DNA from: Spongospora subterranea f. sp. subterranea
Taxonomy: Eukaryota
Length of the DNA: 64,000 bases
Assembly (NCBI GenBank): GCA_049724395.1
Contig: JAUGWO010000144.1
Location: 1-64,000 of the forward strand
Direction of reading: 5' to 3'
In this document: positions 50,948 to 62,949 of the stretch, one piece after another
Layout of the letters: each line of letters starts with the position of its first letter
Position numbering within the stretch: the stretch's first letter is position 1
Position numbers and translations under genes: made by a program
Notes under the pieces: generated by a model
What the model saw: the letters and a program-made list of their open reading frames with translations, nothing else
What the model was told of the DNA's origin: nothing
Database searches by the model: none

Positions 50948-52229
50948 ATGCCGGCCGTATCCGAGACGATATTCGATCTGATCCCATCCCCTGATCCAAT
51001 CCCATCCCGACCCGATCGTTATATCTGTCGAATGCCTTGGAACACGCCTCCGACTTCATCCACCATCGGTATCGCCTCCTCCACCCAGATCCCCATCACC
51101 AATCTATCCGGATCACTATCGCCACCTCCTTCGGCCCACCAGTATCGGTCAGACTCCCCCTCGAATCGCCATTATCGCCATCTCAACCACCGGAATTCCC
51201 CCACAGACACGAACGGGCCTTGTTCGGTCGATCATCATCATGTCGTCCCGAACCGGCCGATTATCTCAGGAAATCGGTGCGATCCCTTCCGGTTCCCAGA
51301 AAGGATCATATCGATCGCCATCGCTGTTCTACCAAACCCTCATTACCTCATCATAATCAATCACCAATAATTGGTTTAACCACCGATAAAAACTTCATCA
51401 AGGTCGATCAACATTTTTTTTCCCAATTTCGTAGTTTTCGCTGTTTTTTGTTCTTTTCACCGTTGAACTTGTTCGGTTTTTTCTGTTTTTCACCTCGTTG
51501 AACGAGTTCCGGCGTCGTTATGTGTGTGTAGAGCAACGCGATTGAGGTGATCTTATCTGAACCGATCAAACGAGAACAGCGATTGCGATCCGATATCGCC
51601 GGGCGTCACCCGAATTACGGAAAGGTAAATTGGCGGGCACGCGCTCGCCGTCGATCGGCGACCGAGATCGCTGATCGTCGTTGTGCGATTGGGACGCAGG
51701 TCCCCGAATACCTGAACGGGATTAAGGACGAGATCGCCGTCGAATACGACTATATCGAGCGGATCCGGTCAACGGGCCAGGGGGCGACGGCGGCGGCACC
51801 GAAACAGGTCCAGATCGTCCCATTGGACGACGATGAACGTGTTCGTCTTCTCGACGCCCTCAAGATCAAATGGGGTCAGTCCCTCTCTTGGTTCTCGTTG
51901 TTGTTTCCGAAAGAAATTGCCTTTGTTCTCGATTTTGTCAATTTCCCATGATTTTTTTTGTTTTCTTGGAAAAACGTGTTCAATCGCAATTTCCGGTCGG
52001 TTTTCGGTGAAATCTGTTGATTGTAAAACAGCGGTCGTGATCTGATCTGGTATTGATGGGCGGTGGGTGATCAGTGGATATTCAACGGCAATACCAGTCG
52101 ATAACGCATCACATCGTCCTGGACACGATCAGTCAGGTCCATCGCAAAGAGAAGTACGAGCACGATCTGTCCCGTATCGAGGCCGATATCGCCCTCTTGT
52201 CTAAACCCAATATACTCATCCGCAAATAA
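50948..52229 (+). CDS. ENKUR: Enkurin (axonemal microtubule inner protein)
   Basis: ETIFDLIP..PPTSSTIG; GLTTDKNFIK|SNAIEVI; NYGK|VPEYL..IKDEI; LDDDERVRLLDALKIKW..RKEKYEHDLSRIEADIALLSKP. Confidence 0.85.
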
Positions 52230-52729
52230 CCACAATTCGCATTGATCGGGGAACACAACGCGATCGATCATTTGACCCAATCAATCGCTCCAACAAATAC
52301 AAACAATAAATTGCGATTTCCAACGTACAAAAACGAGATCGGAGTCGGTTTTTGGCGTTCGATATTGATTTCTCTATCACAATGATCTGATAAACTTGTT
52401 CCCAACAACGTATCGCAAACGACTATCATATTCGAGATGAATGTTGTTGAACGTCATTGCCGAGATGGCGATCTGGTCGTGGATTAGGAAACGGGGAATT
52501 TGTCGCCGTTTGCGTTGACAAACTGGTCAACCAGATCTCGCCAAACGGTGTCTGTGGGGGAGAACAACCGGGCGGGATCTTCGACCAACGATCAAGATAT
52601 TAATTGGGGGCGCGTTGACGAATCGAGATATTATATCTATCGAGTACAGGAACGGGGGATCATTACCATCATCACGAGAATGGGATCAGCGCCAGCGTTG
52701 GGGAATCGGTGGTAGATCGGGGGACAGAC

Positions 52730-55729
52730 ATGGCCAGGAAGCGCCGATCGTCGCGGCGATCGCGGAAGGGTCAATCGGCTGGTGGACACCTATTACCAAT
52801 GACCCCAACCTCGGTCAATCGTCGATCCCTGATCTGGAACGTGTCGCCAGATGGCGATCGGCACCCGATCGACATATCGTCATCGTCGTCGCTCTACGAC
52901 ACAATTCGCCAGGTTCCACCGAACACGCCATTGGTGTCGAAAACACTGATTGTGTCGACATACTTTAGTGCTCGTTGACCGTATTATCGTGTGTCGAACA
53001 GCTCTCCGCGCTCAACTCGCGATCGTCGTCGTCATCGGTTCCAGCTTTGTCTCGACTGGCTCCCACGTTATCAACAGCTTCGAATATGACCAATATCGCC
53101 ATATCTGATCAGGTCCAACATTTTCACAAAAAATCGCTTTCTTCATATTTGTGTTTGCGTTGTTGAACCGGTTCTCGTCGAAGATCATTGACGTTCTGAT
53201 CTGTTTTGTTTGGGACATGTTCAGCCCGGAATATCGCTCGGGGCGCCAGATGAGTTTCGGCTGACGGAAGTGACGGCGATGATCGATCAGGATGGGACCG
53301 ATACGGGACAGGACGATAAAGGCTCAGATCTGGTCAATAATAGCGATATCGTCGCGACACAGATCAGACCAGAAAGTAATTTCGGTGTTTTCGACAACAT
53401 TCGCCCAAGCGGGCGGTTCTGAATGGCGCTGCCGACGTTGTTGATTGCTCAGGCGAAACGCAATTGGAGTTGGCGATTCGGGAGTTTATCGACACCGAGA
53501 AATCGTATCTGCACAAGCTGCGACAGATGAACAAGGAGTTCGTGACGCGTTTAGAGGCGTATAACGATCTAGATGGTCCTCGTCAAACACGACCGATTGA
53601 CCCTAACGCGCGACGGGTTTCTGAATTGGCCAATCTGGCGCTGTTGTGTTAGGTGTCGTCCCGATCCTATCCTCGTCGCAGATCAAGCGCATATTCAGTA
53701 ATATCGACGAGATCGTGAAACTACACACCCAGATCTATCTTGAGATAAAGGTGCAGAGAAACACCACCGCGATAACGCCCCCCTCGTCGTTGGTCTGAAC
53801 ACAATTCCAGGCACTCCGAGGTCGTCCCCGGCTCGATCTGCCATTCGTCGACGTCCTGGACCGATTGTCGAACCGGATCCTGGATATTTACGCCATGTAA
53901 TTGGGCGGTCGGTGATCGATCTGGCGATCTGATCGGTATTGTGTGTGATATCAGATACGCTGTCAATTACGCGTGTAATCAGAAGGTGGTTAACGAGCTC
54001 ATCAACACCATTCCCTCATTCGCCTCGTTTGTGGTCAGTCCCCTTCCGATCTCGTCACCAATCCCTCGATCACCGGACCAGAGTGTCTTTCGCTCGGCCA
54101 TGGTTTATCGCCACCCCGGATCGAGGGATTGGCGGTGCGGGGCGTAATTCAGGAGAATCGTGTTGGTGATTGTGTGGTGTGGATCAGGCCGTATCGGAGC
54201 GGTGCTGTAATTCCAAGATGGTCAAGTTATCATCATTACGAATGGAGCCAATCCAGAGATTATCGCGGTAATGATCTCTTTCTCTCTCTCTGCCCCATCA
54301 AACCCTCATCCTCTCTCGCTCACCAATATTCTTCCGCCATTGAACACCATTGACATTATTCGATCTCACTGAAACACTTTTTCGATTTTGATGTCGATCT
54401 GGCAACTGTTGAAGTTCAGATATTGCCAACGAGGGTAGAAATCAGCAAATGAACGACATCGGTGAAGATGTTGGTGGTTGAGATGGGGTTTTGGGAACGG
54501 GATGTTGGAAAGGGTGTTGATTGATCTCATGGAACAGGTATATCATGTTGCTGGACTCGATCCGACGATACGCCAATGGTGTCGACCATCCCCTGGCGCT
54601 ACTCGACTCGGTCCTGCACAAGTTCAAGGACGCCGCCGAACACATTGACGCCAGTATGAAGGTGGGCACAGGCGCGAACGGATCATTTCCCCCCTTATTC
54701 CATTGATTCTCCTTATTCCTCATCTTATTTCCAAAGCCCAATTTCCACAAGAACGTTGACATTCTCACAATTCTGCCACACTTTCACCAGTTTCGTTCCA
54801 ATCAAAACTCCATTTGAGTTTCGATATGTTGTTCCTGTCGAAAACATCTGCTCTCTCTCTCTCCCTCTGATCGGTTTTGTTTGGCCAGGTGGCGCAAGCG
54901 AAACAGAGGGTGATTGAGATCCAGGAGGTGTTTCTGGACAATATCCCCGACCCATCGCTGGTGGTCAATGGGCGATATTGTGTCAGGGAGTCGTCATTGC
55001 AGGTCTCGTTCATCGCCCTCTCCCAACACCATCCCTGATTGTCTGTGTGTCTGACGCCTTCCTCGCCTGTAGATGCTCTCCCACAAGAAGGGATGGGCTG
55101 GGGGATTGAAGCACATTCACAAGACCTACTCGTTCGTTCTCTTCAACGATTGTCTCATATTCTCGTCGATTCTATCGGATAATCCCCGACGCGGTATTCA
55201 ATTTAACAACAAACACGATCACAGAACCAAATCATTCCAACGGAACCAATATCGGCCACTCGACTTCATCACCACCCCGTTTGTGATCCGGAAAACAGTT
55301 TTTCGAATTGCGAAAATCCGCGAAATTTGTTGGAAACGGGATCAATTAAAGCCATGTTCGTGTTTTGTCGTTCAGGACGAATGAAAGGGTTCCTGGATCT
55401 GTTATACACAACTGTTGAAGATCACAGCTCAGATCAGAACGACACCACGTTCGTGATCACGTCATTACACGATCCATCGAAACCCTCCCTCTATATATTA
55501 GCGAAAACGGTCAGAACCGCCACCGCCGTCGCTCGTTGGTCGTAGGTCTGAGACACCCTGGATGGAACAACAGGTCGAACAGAAGAAGGAATGGGTGGAG
55601 GATATGCAGATCTGTATCAGGCAACGGAAGGAGCTGCAACGACAGGGACTGGATTCGATCATCACAACCGATACGGAATCGATCAGGAGACGATCGCAGG
55701 ACGTCGCCTCATTCAGTGAACAACAGTAA
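52730..55729 (+). CDS. Dbl-family RhoGEF (DH-PH); start approximate
   Basis: AIREFIDTEKSYL, IFSNIDEIVKLH, YAVNY, LSSLRMEPIQRLSR|YIMLL; PH FVLFNDCLIF..KKEWVEDM. Confidence 0.85.
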
Positions 55730-56144
55730 TTCTCAACACATCTCTCGTCCTTCACAATCACTCCAGAACCCGTTAATTTCTTCACCGTTCTGTTTCACAA
55801 TCGTTGGAACTCACATCGGCACTTTCTTGTTGTTTTGGAACGTTTCGGCGCCGCGCGTTCGGGGTGACGATTGACCGATTCGTTCAGGATGACGGCGACG
55901 ATGGAGTCGGAGAGTCTGCGATCGCCACTGCATCGATCGCCGGATTGTCAACTGCCGGACCAGATCGAGTTGGCCAAACGATTGACGCGTAAGGCATCAG
56001 CTAGACGATAGGGAGTATATCCTAACACGATCCCCTGGGCGACAACATTCCCCATCTCCCCAAGGACAAACATTCCCACTAAATATCATAACGATTCTTC
56101 AACGCGTTTCGAAATCGTTCCGATGGATTTTAGTGTTTCTGGTT

Positions 56145-57053
56145 TCACAATTGTTTCGTGGCCAATAAGGCCATAACCGCTTTCTGTGCATGAAGGCGAT
56201 TCTCGGCCTGATCGAATATGGTGGTGGCGTGCTGCTCCAGGACCTGATCAGTGATCTCGTTGCCCCGGTAGGCGGGCAGGCAGTGCATGATCAGGGCGTC
56301 GGGCGCCACGTCCCTGACCAGCTCCTGGTCGATCGTGTACGCCTTGAGCTGGTTCAGCCGATCGCCGGCTTCGGCTTCCTTCCCCATGCTCACCCACACG
56401 TCCGTATAGAGAACATCGGCGCCCCGAGCCGCTTCGTGAAGATCCTCGAACACTTTCACGCCCGCGTACGACACCCTCTCCAGTAGCCGATCGCTGGGCC
56501 AGAACGCCTTTGGCGCTGCGATATTGAGGTTGAATCCACAGTGTTTCGCGGCCCATATCCACGATATTGGCATATTACAGGCTCCATCACCGATAAAGCA
56601 GATCGTCTTCCCCTTATAATCGCCCAGTTTCTCACGAATCGTCTGAAGATCGGCCAAGATCTGACACGGGTGTTCGTCGTCGGTTAGGGCATTGATGGTC
56701 GGGATCTTGGCGTATTCGGCGAACTCGACCACGTCAGCCTGGGCGAATGTTCGAATGACGGCGCCGTGGACCATTCTCCCGAATACCCTGGCCGTGTCTT
56801 TCATTGGTTCTCCCCGCCCTAATTGCAGATCGGATGACGATAGGAAAATCGCCTGACCGCCCAGTTCACGGATTCCGACTTCAAACGATAACCGGGTTCG
56901 GGTCGATGATTTGCTGAAGATCAGGGCCCAGACTTGACCAGCTAATGGCAGATTGTCATGGTGTCCACGGGTGGCTTTCATCTTGATGCCCAGATCGACG
57001 ATCCGGGATATTTGGTCCCCGGTCAGAGCTTCAATCGACATTAGGTTCTGCAT
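56145..57053 (-). CDS. argF: Ornithine carbamoyltransferase, intronless, bacterial-type (302 aa from ATG 57053)
   Basis: FSKSSTRTR, LQLGRGE..DTARV, HPCQILAD, YTDVWVSMG, MHCLPAYRG, QAENRLHAQKA; single uninterrupted ORF. Confidence 0.95.
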   Translation of the reverse strand: MQNLMSIEALTGDQISRIVDLGIKMKATRGHHDNLPLAGQVWALIFSKSSTRTRLSFEVGIRELGGQAIFLSSSDLQLGRGEPMKDTARVFGRMVHGAVIRTFAQADVVEFAEYAKIPTINALTDDEHPCQILADLQTIREKLGDYKGKTICFIGDGACNMPISWIWAAKHCGFNLNIAAPKAFWPSDRLLERVSYAGVKVFEDLHEAARGADVLYTDVWVSMGKEAEAGDRLNQLKAYTIDQELVRDVAPDALIMHCLPAYRGNEITDQVLEQHATTIFDQAENRLHAQKAVMALLATKQL

Positions 57054-59137
57054 TGTTGGCCACAGATGTGGTCGATTGCGATCAAATATGCGATAGCGGT
57101 GTAATATGGAATGGCGGGAAAGACCCTCGGCCTCAGAAAGCGGGTCACGGCCTCTGGATAGCTGTTCGGCAACGCGGCAGTTGCCAGTTGGGAAGTTGGC
57201 TTGGCCCAACTCTGACCCTGTTCACCGATACACTGACGCATCACACGGGACAAGTCTAAATTTAGACCGGGGACTGCGTGACCGAATTGGGTTGCCCCGC
57301 TGGCAATGGACAGTGTCAAATGACGTGACGTTACCAGAGTCGTCACATTAGATCGATTCCTGGCCGTTTTTTAGTCGATTTATTTTGAACATCGAATGAA
57401 AAAGGATGCCCGATTGATACTATTTTCAGATATCAGGAGTGTCCCTGAACACCATTTTCTCCGATCGTTTGACTCATATTCATTTGAGAGGTTTCATGGA
57501 TTTGGCGATGGACTGCTCAACAGCCTGCGGCGGTGGTTGCAACACCAGCAGGTTAATGTCGCATATGCTGTTCTAGCGGGCAGCTATGGCACACATCGCA
57601 AATATCGATCGGCTTCATCCACAAGAAAACAACCGATAGTAAACCTTGACATGGTTTATTGACTCCAAAGCATCTGATTAAACAACATATTCTGCTAAAT
57701 TTTTATTGAATTGATTTTTGTATACGTAGCCTACAGAGTTCGAAACCCAGCAAAACTGGTTTTTTCACCAGAAACCTACTCCTCGATGTCATCAATTCTG
57801 TTTCGTCGATGTCATCAAATCTGTTTCGATTTTATTTGCAGACGAGCGTAAATGTTAAAGAACATCCTGCTGATTTTTTATTGAACTGGAAAAAAATGCG
57901 GGCAACAAAAATGTCCAAAGCCAGTCTCGAACTGGCGACCTCGTGTGTGTTAGACACGTGTGATAACCCCTACACCATTCGGACAATGCAGTTACACGAA
58001 ACGAAATTTGCGCAATTTTGTACTAATTCAGCGATTCGAGAAGTTGCAAAACGATCGAGATATGTAGGTTATGTTTATAGATGATCAACATCAACCTGAC
58101 GACGCTCACTTTTCTATTCGAAAAACCTTTTTTACAAAAACCAAATCACAACGTATGAAAATCGGAACAAAATTGTGACCGACGACCTGTCTTCGGAATA
58201 TCGGTGGACAGTCCCTTGGTTCGATGGCAACGGCAGATAAGACAAATCTGATGATATCAAGATCAAGAACGAATCTTCTCAAGTGGGTGTTGACTGGTTC
58301 GATAAGCCCATTTTCTCTTTTAAAATGCCCTTGCCCCCAGAAGATGATCAGAACCTGTCCAAGGATCGGTTCAGGTGAGGGCACCTCACCGAAATTTCCT
58401 CAAATAAGAGGACCAACCGTTTTTTTCCACTACTGTTGGTGGACTAGAAAATTGTTTGAATGAGGTTTGGGCATCAGAGAACTCGGCGACAATGGAATCA
58501 TCAACACAAAATGGATTATCATCAGCTTCATCTGAATCCCAATCCGATTATGCGATTGGATCGCAGATCGAGCTGTCGATTCGTCCAGATTGAATCGGGC
58601 CGGGCACAAATCCGAATACGGGAAGGTGAAGGATAGAATCATTGACCACGATTGAGGAGTCGCCTGGATATCAGTCGATTCCTTGGAGGAAATTGGGCAA
58701 GGTGGTGCTGGGGCTGAGGGAGTTTGAAAATTTGATTCAGGAAAAGGACCAAGGGATCTCTTCTCAAACAGCAGTTAGCTGAAGACGACGAATCAGGTTG
58801 AAAAGAGAGCACGGGAAAGCGAGACGGGGGTAGGTGGCGATCGGTTTGGGGGGAAGAGGTCATAGTATCGGCTGTCAATGGGGGACATGTCGGATGGGAT
58901 CGGGACGAGTTAACTCATCGCGATCAGGTCGCTTTCCAACACGACTCATGATACCATCTTGGCGTTCAGTCAGGAAAGGTTAAAGGCGGCGGACGATGCT
59001 CAAGGTCCCTATCGGTCAAGGCCTGGACAGCTGCGCTATCGAAGGAAAGCGACTGTTCACATGGCGCAAGTTCAACGATCGCAGCATTTGGCACTGTATA
59101 TCGTCACGATAACAGGGAAACCAATTGCGGATTTCAG

Positions 59138-60127
59138 AGTCGACGCCGAGGCTGAAGCGGAAGAAGCTGAGGACGCCTACAACAAGATTCGTCAGCAGCG
59201 AACAAGCATGAGAATGAGCGCCTCGGCGTCGACTATGGCTTGACGCTTGTCGATGTCCGCCTCGTCTGCTGTGGCGGCGGCTTCGCCGCTTTCAACGTTG
59301 CAAGTGCTTCTCGATACCGCTGTCGAGCGTTGTTGACTTGGGACTGCAATATCTGGGCTGAGGCATCCTCTTTCTCAGCTTTTGCTTTGACGCCTGGCTC
59401 TGGTGTCCCGCTGGGTCTGGCTTCAGTCCCATTGAGAATGCCGAGCGCGCCGATATTGCAGTCCCAAGTCAACAACGCTCGACAGCAGTATCGAGAAGCA
59501 CTTGCAACGTTGAAAGCGGCGAAAGCCGCAGCCACAGCAGCAGCAGACGAGGCGGACATCGACAAGCGTCAAGCCATAGTCGACGCCGAGGCTGAAGCGG
59601 AAGAAGCTGAGAACGCCTACAACAAAATTCGTCAGCAGCGAACAAGCATGAGAATGAGCACGACCTCCTCATCAGCACCTACCCCAGACTTACACGACTG
59701 GGAGAAGCGTCACGACTACGTCCATCACCTCCTGGTGGTATCGCTGTCAGAGCAGTACCAAGGCATGACGATCAAGTGCCCCGACCTGCCGTCCCTGTGG
59801 CGAGCCCTCGAGAAGCACTTCGAAGGCAAATCTGCCGCGGACGTGATCCACGCCGAGAACCTGCTCATGTCGCTGACGCTGTCCGACAAGGACAACCCCG
59901 AAGAGTTCCTGAACAGCGTGCGGTTAGTCCAGACACAAATGGAAAGCTGCGGCGCCGAATACCCGGACGCGAGGATGTTCTTAACCGTCGCCCAAAAGCT
60001 TCCCCCAAGGATGCACGGCCTTCGGGATCAGTTCCTGTATGGACCGAAAGAGCGACAGAACTTTGCCTCCCTAGAGCAAGCCATCAACGAGTTCGCCAAG
60101 AACAATCCGCTGAAACGCGAACCCTAA
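59138..60127 (+). mobile_element. Rearranged Ty1/copia gag fragment (UBN2/Retrotran_gag_2-like) with inverted and direct duplications
   Basis: DWEKRHDYVHHLLVVSLS..SLWRALEKHF..EEFLNSV..QMESCG..KLPP; inverted arms 59220-59353/59452-59592; direct copy 59138-59219 of 59578-59659; no pol downstream. Confidence 0.85.
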
Positions 60128-60853
60128 TCCAACTGATTTCCCTGTGAACGATCAATATTCAGTAAAACTGACGTGCGGCTGGATGGGCGCGACAACTTAA
60201 CTTGTTCAATTGGATCAGACAAATAGGCAAAAGCAAAACCTCAATGACATTCGGATTACGGACATGGACAAAATAAAACATCATAACCGTTGGAGAAACC
60301 CAAAAACAATTCGGATCATTGATCAGAGACGTGTTATAAGCATCGATTGCATTGGTTAGAACAAATCGCCAAACACTACACATTGGTTCGTTGTCTGGAT
60401 AGACCGTCAATGCTTGAAGTCCACGTGTGACCAGAGCAACGCTCTTGAATCAATTTTTGAAAAACAGTATGGCCAACTCGAATTGACCAAGCGCGGCAGC
60501 ATGAATTTTCCATGGCCTGGTCAACCACAATCGCTGGCTGACATCCACCGATACATGATTTGACCCATTTCTGTTTTCAATACTTTCATGAGAAACCATA
60601 ATCAGACATCACATTACTGAAAAATTGAATTAATTAACTATCCGAGTTTGATACTCTAGGGAATCCAATCAACTGAGCGAACGCGCTTCAAACCGAATTA
60701 TCGCTGGTGGTTAGTGATGGTAGTCGGGGGGACGCGGCCTCCCCCCCTACATGGGCTGGGCCGTGCCCCAGTGGCGACCGCCTGTATACGACTACAGTGC
60801 ATATGTACATTGGCGGGATACACTCCTGCTGTTGCCGTGCAAGTCAGCATGGC

Positions 60854-60958
60854 TCCCCGTATGACCTTTAGATACATTGGCCGTGTCCCCGTATGACCTT
60901 TAGATACATTGGCCGTGTCCCCGTATGACCTTTAGATACATTGGCCGTGTCCCCGTAT
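60854..60958. repeat. Perfect 32-bp tandem repeat, three copies plus 9 bp
   Basis: TCCCCGTATGACCTTTAGATACATTGGCCGTG x3, no spacers. Confidence 0.97.
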
Positions 60959-61089
60959 TCCGCGACACTCTATTGACCGCATTATATTAGTAATTGCTTC
61001 TCTCTAGTCGATAATCGTCAAGGTTTAACAGGTTCGCCCTTCGATCCCCCCGATTATCACGCCTTAGACTTAGCTCTTTGCTCCATCAG

Positions 61090-62443
61090 ATGTCTCACTC
61101 AGGATGGCCTTCAGGCGGCGGCTCTCCTCGTGGCGGCGGTTACCAACAGTCCCCTCCTCGCGGTCGTCGCCCTGGTAATTCTCCGTCCCCTCAGCGTCGC
61201 CGTTCTCCATCGCCTCCCCGCCGAGGTAGCAATGAAGGCCGGGCCATATTTGTTGGTAATCTCAGCGGTGATGCTAAACCTGACGACCTGCTTCATATGT
61301 TTTCTCCTTTTTCGAACGTTAATAATATCGGTATCAGTATTTTCCACCAATTCCTACTGCGATTTGGTGAACTCAGCTTTGTCCAGATCTCAAGCAAGAT
61401 TTTGCATTCGTTTTCTTAGAGGATACTGATCGCGGCGATGAAGCAATTCGAAAATTGGATCGTTCAACCTTCTTAGATCGTCGTATCCGAGTTGAATGGG
61501 CGAAAGGCACTGGTCGCGTTAAACGGTTGGTAAATAGGTCTCTTGAATGAACTCTTTGGTTTCCAACCGAACTTATATGCCAACAGACGGGAGGCTGACC
61601 GGCGCTCAGATGCGGAAAGTCGCCCGAATAAAACTCTATTTGTCGTAAACTTTAGTCGCAACACTCGAGACAGGGACATTCAGGTAAATATGTTCGCTGT
61701 GGTTTTTGCTATTCTCATTTCTTTTACAGGCCGTCTTTGAACCCTTCGGCAATATCAACAGAGTTGACATCCGAAACAATTACGCGTTTGTGGAGTTTGA
61801 TAATCTGGTTAGAAAATGGAAGTTTTCAAGACACACAGTTAAAACCATTTATAGGATGACGCTAAGGCTGCCAAGGCCAAGCTCCACGGAACGCGTCTTG
61901 ACAACCAAGTCATAACTGTCGAATATCAGGCGGAAAAGAAAACGGCCCACGCTGATACTCGGTTAGGATGTATTTAAACATTTGCTCATTGTTGTACTAT
62001 GTTCTACGATAGTTTTCGCGTCTGACTATCTCCATAGTCTCCTTAAAACTGGAATACCATCGAAACTGTTATTGCTCTGCCCCATTCTTCATAACTCTTC
62101 TTCTGCTTCGCTCATTTCCAACGCCATCCTCCCTTCTTTCATTAACCCTCTCTGCTTTCTACAATGACAAACTTTCAACTTCTCATCAGTGAATCGTACG
62201 GCCGGGATCGTGATCATGACCGGTATGGAGGCGGGCGCAGAGGCGGTGGTGGCCGTAGCGTGTATGTTCGCCTAGAATTTCTCGTTTTCTTTGCTTAAAA
62301 ACATTTGTACAGGTCCCCTGCTCCTCGTCACAACAACCGCTACCGCAGCCGCAGCAGGTATGTTCTTTTCTATATTTCTCTAGCGATTGTTGAATTAAAT
62401 ATTTTTAAGGTCTCGCGACCGATTTGGGCGTGACCGTCGTTAA
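61090..62443 (+). CDS. Two-RRM SR splicing factor (plant RS31/RS40-like)
   Basis: RRM1 IFVGNL..DFAFVF..RIRVEWAKG; RRM2 RPNKTLFVVNF..IRNNYAFVEF; C-terminal RS/RD tail. Confidence 0.88.
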
Positions 62444-62645
62444 AACGCTCATATGTGCTATTACGTGTTTTTCAAATAAAATTGAGCCCATCCCTTACTA
62501 CTGTCACGTATCTTTCGGTTAGATTGAAGGTTTAGCAGTGCGACCTCTCTACAGTGCGGGACATCTAGTCTCGACAAACTTCCAAGGACTTTTTTGTATG
62601 ACCGCTGGCACGGATTTCTTAACGGCCACACTATAATTAGCCGGG

Positions 62646-62721
62646 TATTGGACATCGTTATCAAATAGATATCACCGAGACCTATTGGACATCGTTATCA
62701 AATAGATATCACCGAGACCTA
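62646..62721. repeat. 37-bp tandem duplication
   Basis: TATTGGACATCGTTATCAAATAGATATCACCGAGACC x2. Confidence 0.95.
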
Positions 62722-62949
62722 CAATTTGACGATTTAAATTTTGTCAGATGACAGAAACTCAGTGCGGAGTTCACGTTTGAAAATTCACCTTTTTCAAAAT
62801 TGGCCAGTGGTGAAAAGATATGCGTAAACAGGTGCGTACGCATATTTATCACGGCAGCAGTCACGCAACTTATAACTGCGTACGTCGCATCCTATAAAAT
62901 GCGACAGTGCACCTTAAACATGCGAAGAGGAAATACAGTTGTACTAAAA

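Noticed and set aside
57054..57209. 52-aa N-terminal extension of argF in the ORF track
   Set aside because: Starts at a non-ATG codon; OTC similarity begins at ATG 57053
58949..58956. TGGTATCA (tRNA-iMet primer-binding-site-like) on the minus strand near the gag fragment
   Set aside because: Only 8 nt match, wrong position relative to either gag orientation, no LTR adjacent
60854..60958. 32-bp direct repeats as a CRISPR array
   Set aside because: Units are head-to-tail with no spacers, no cas genes nearby, eukaryotic context
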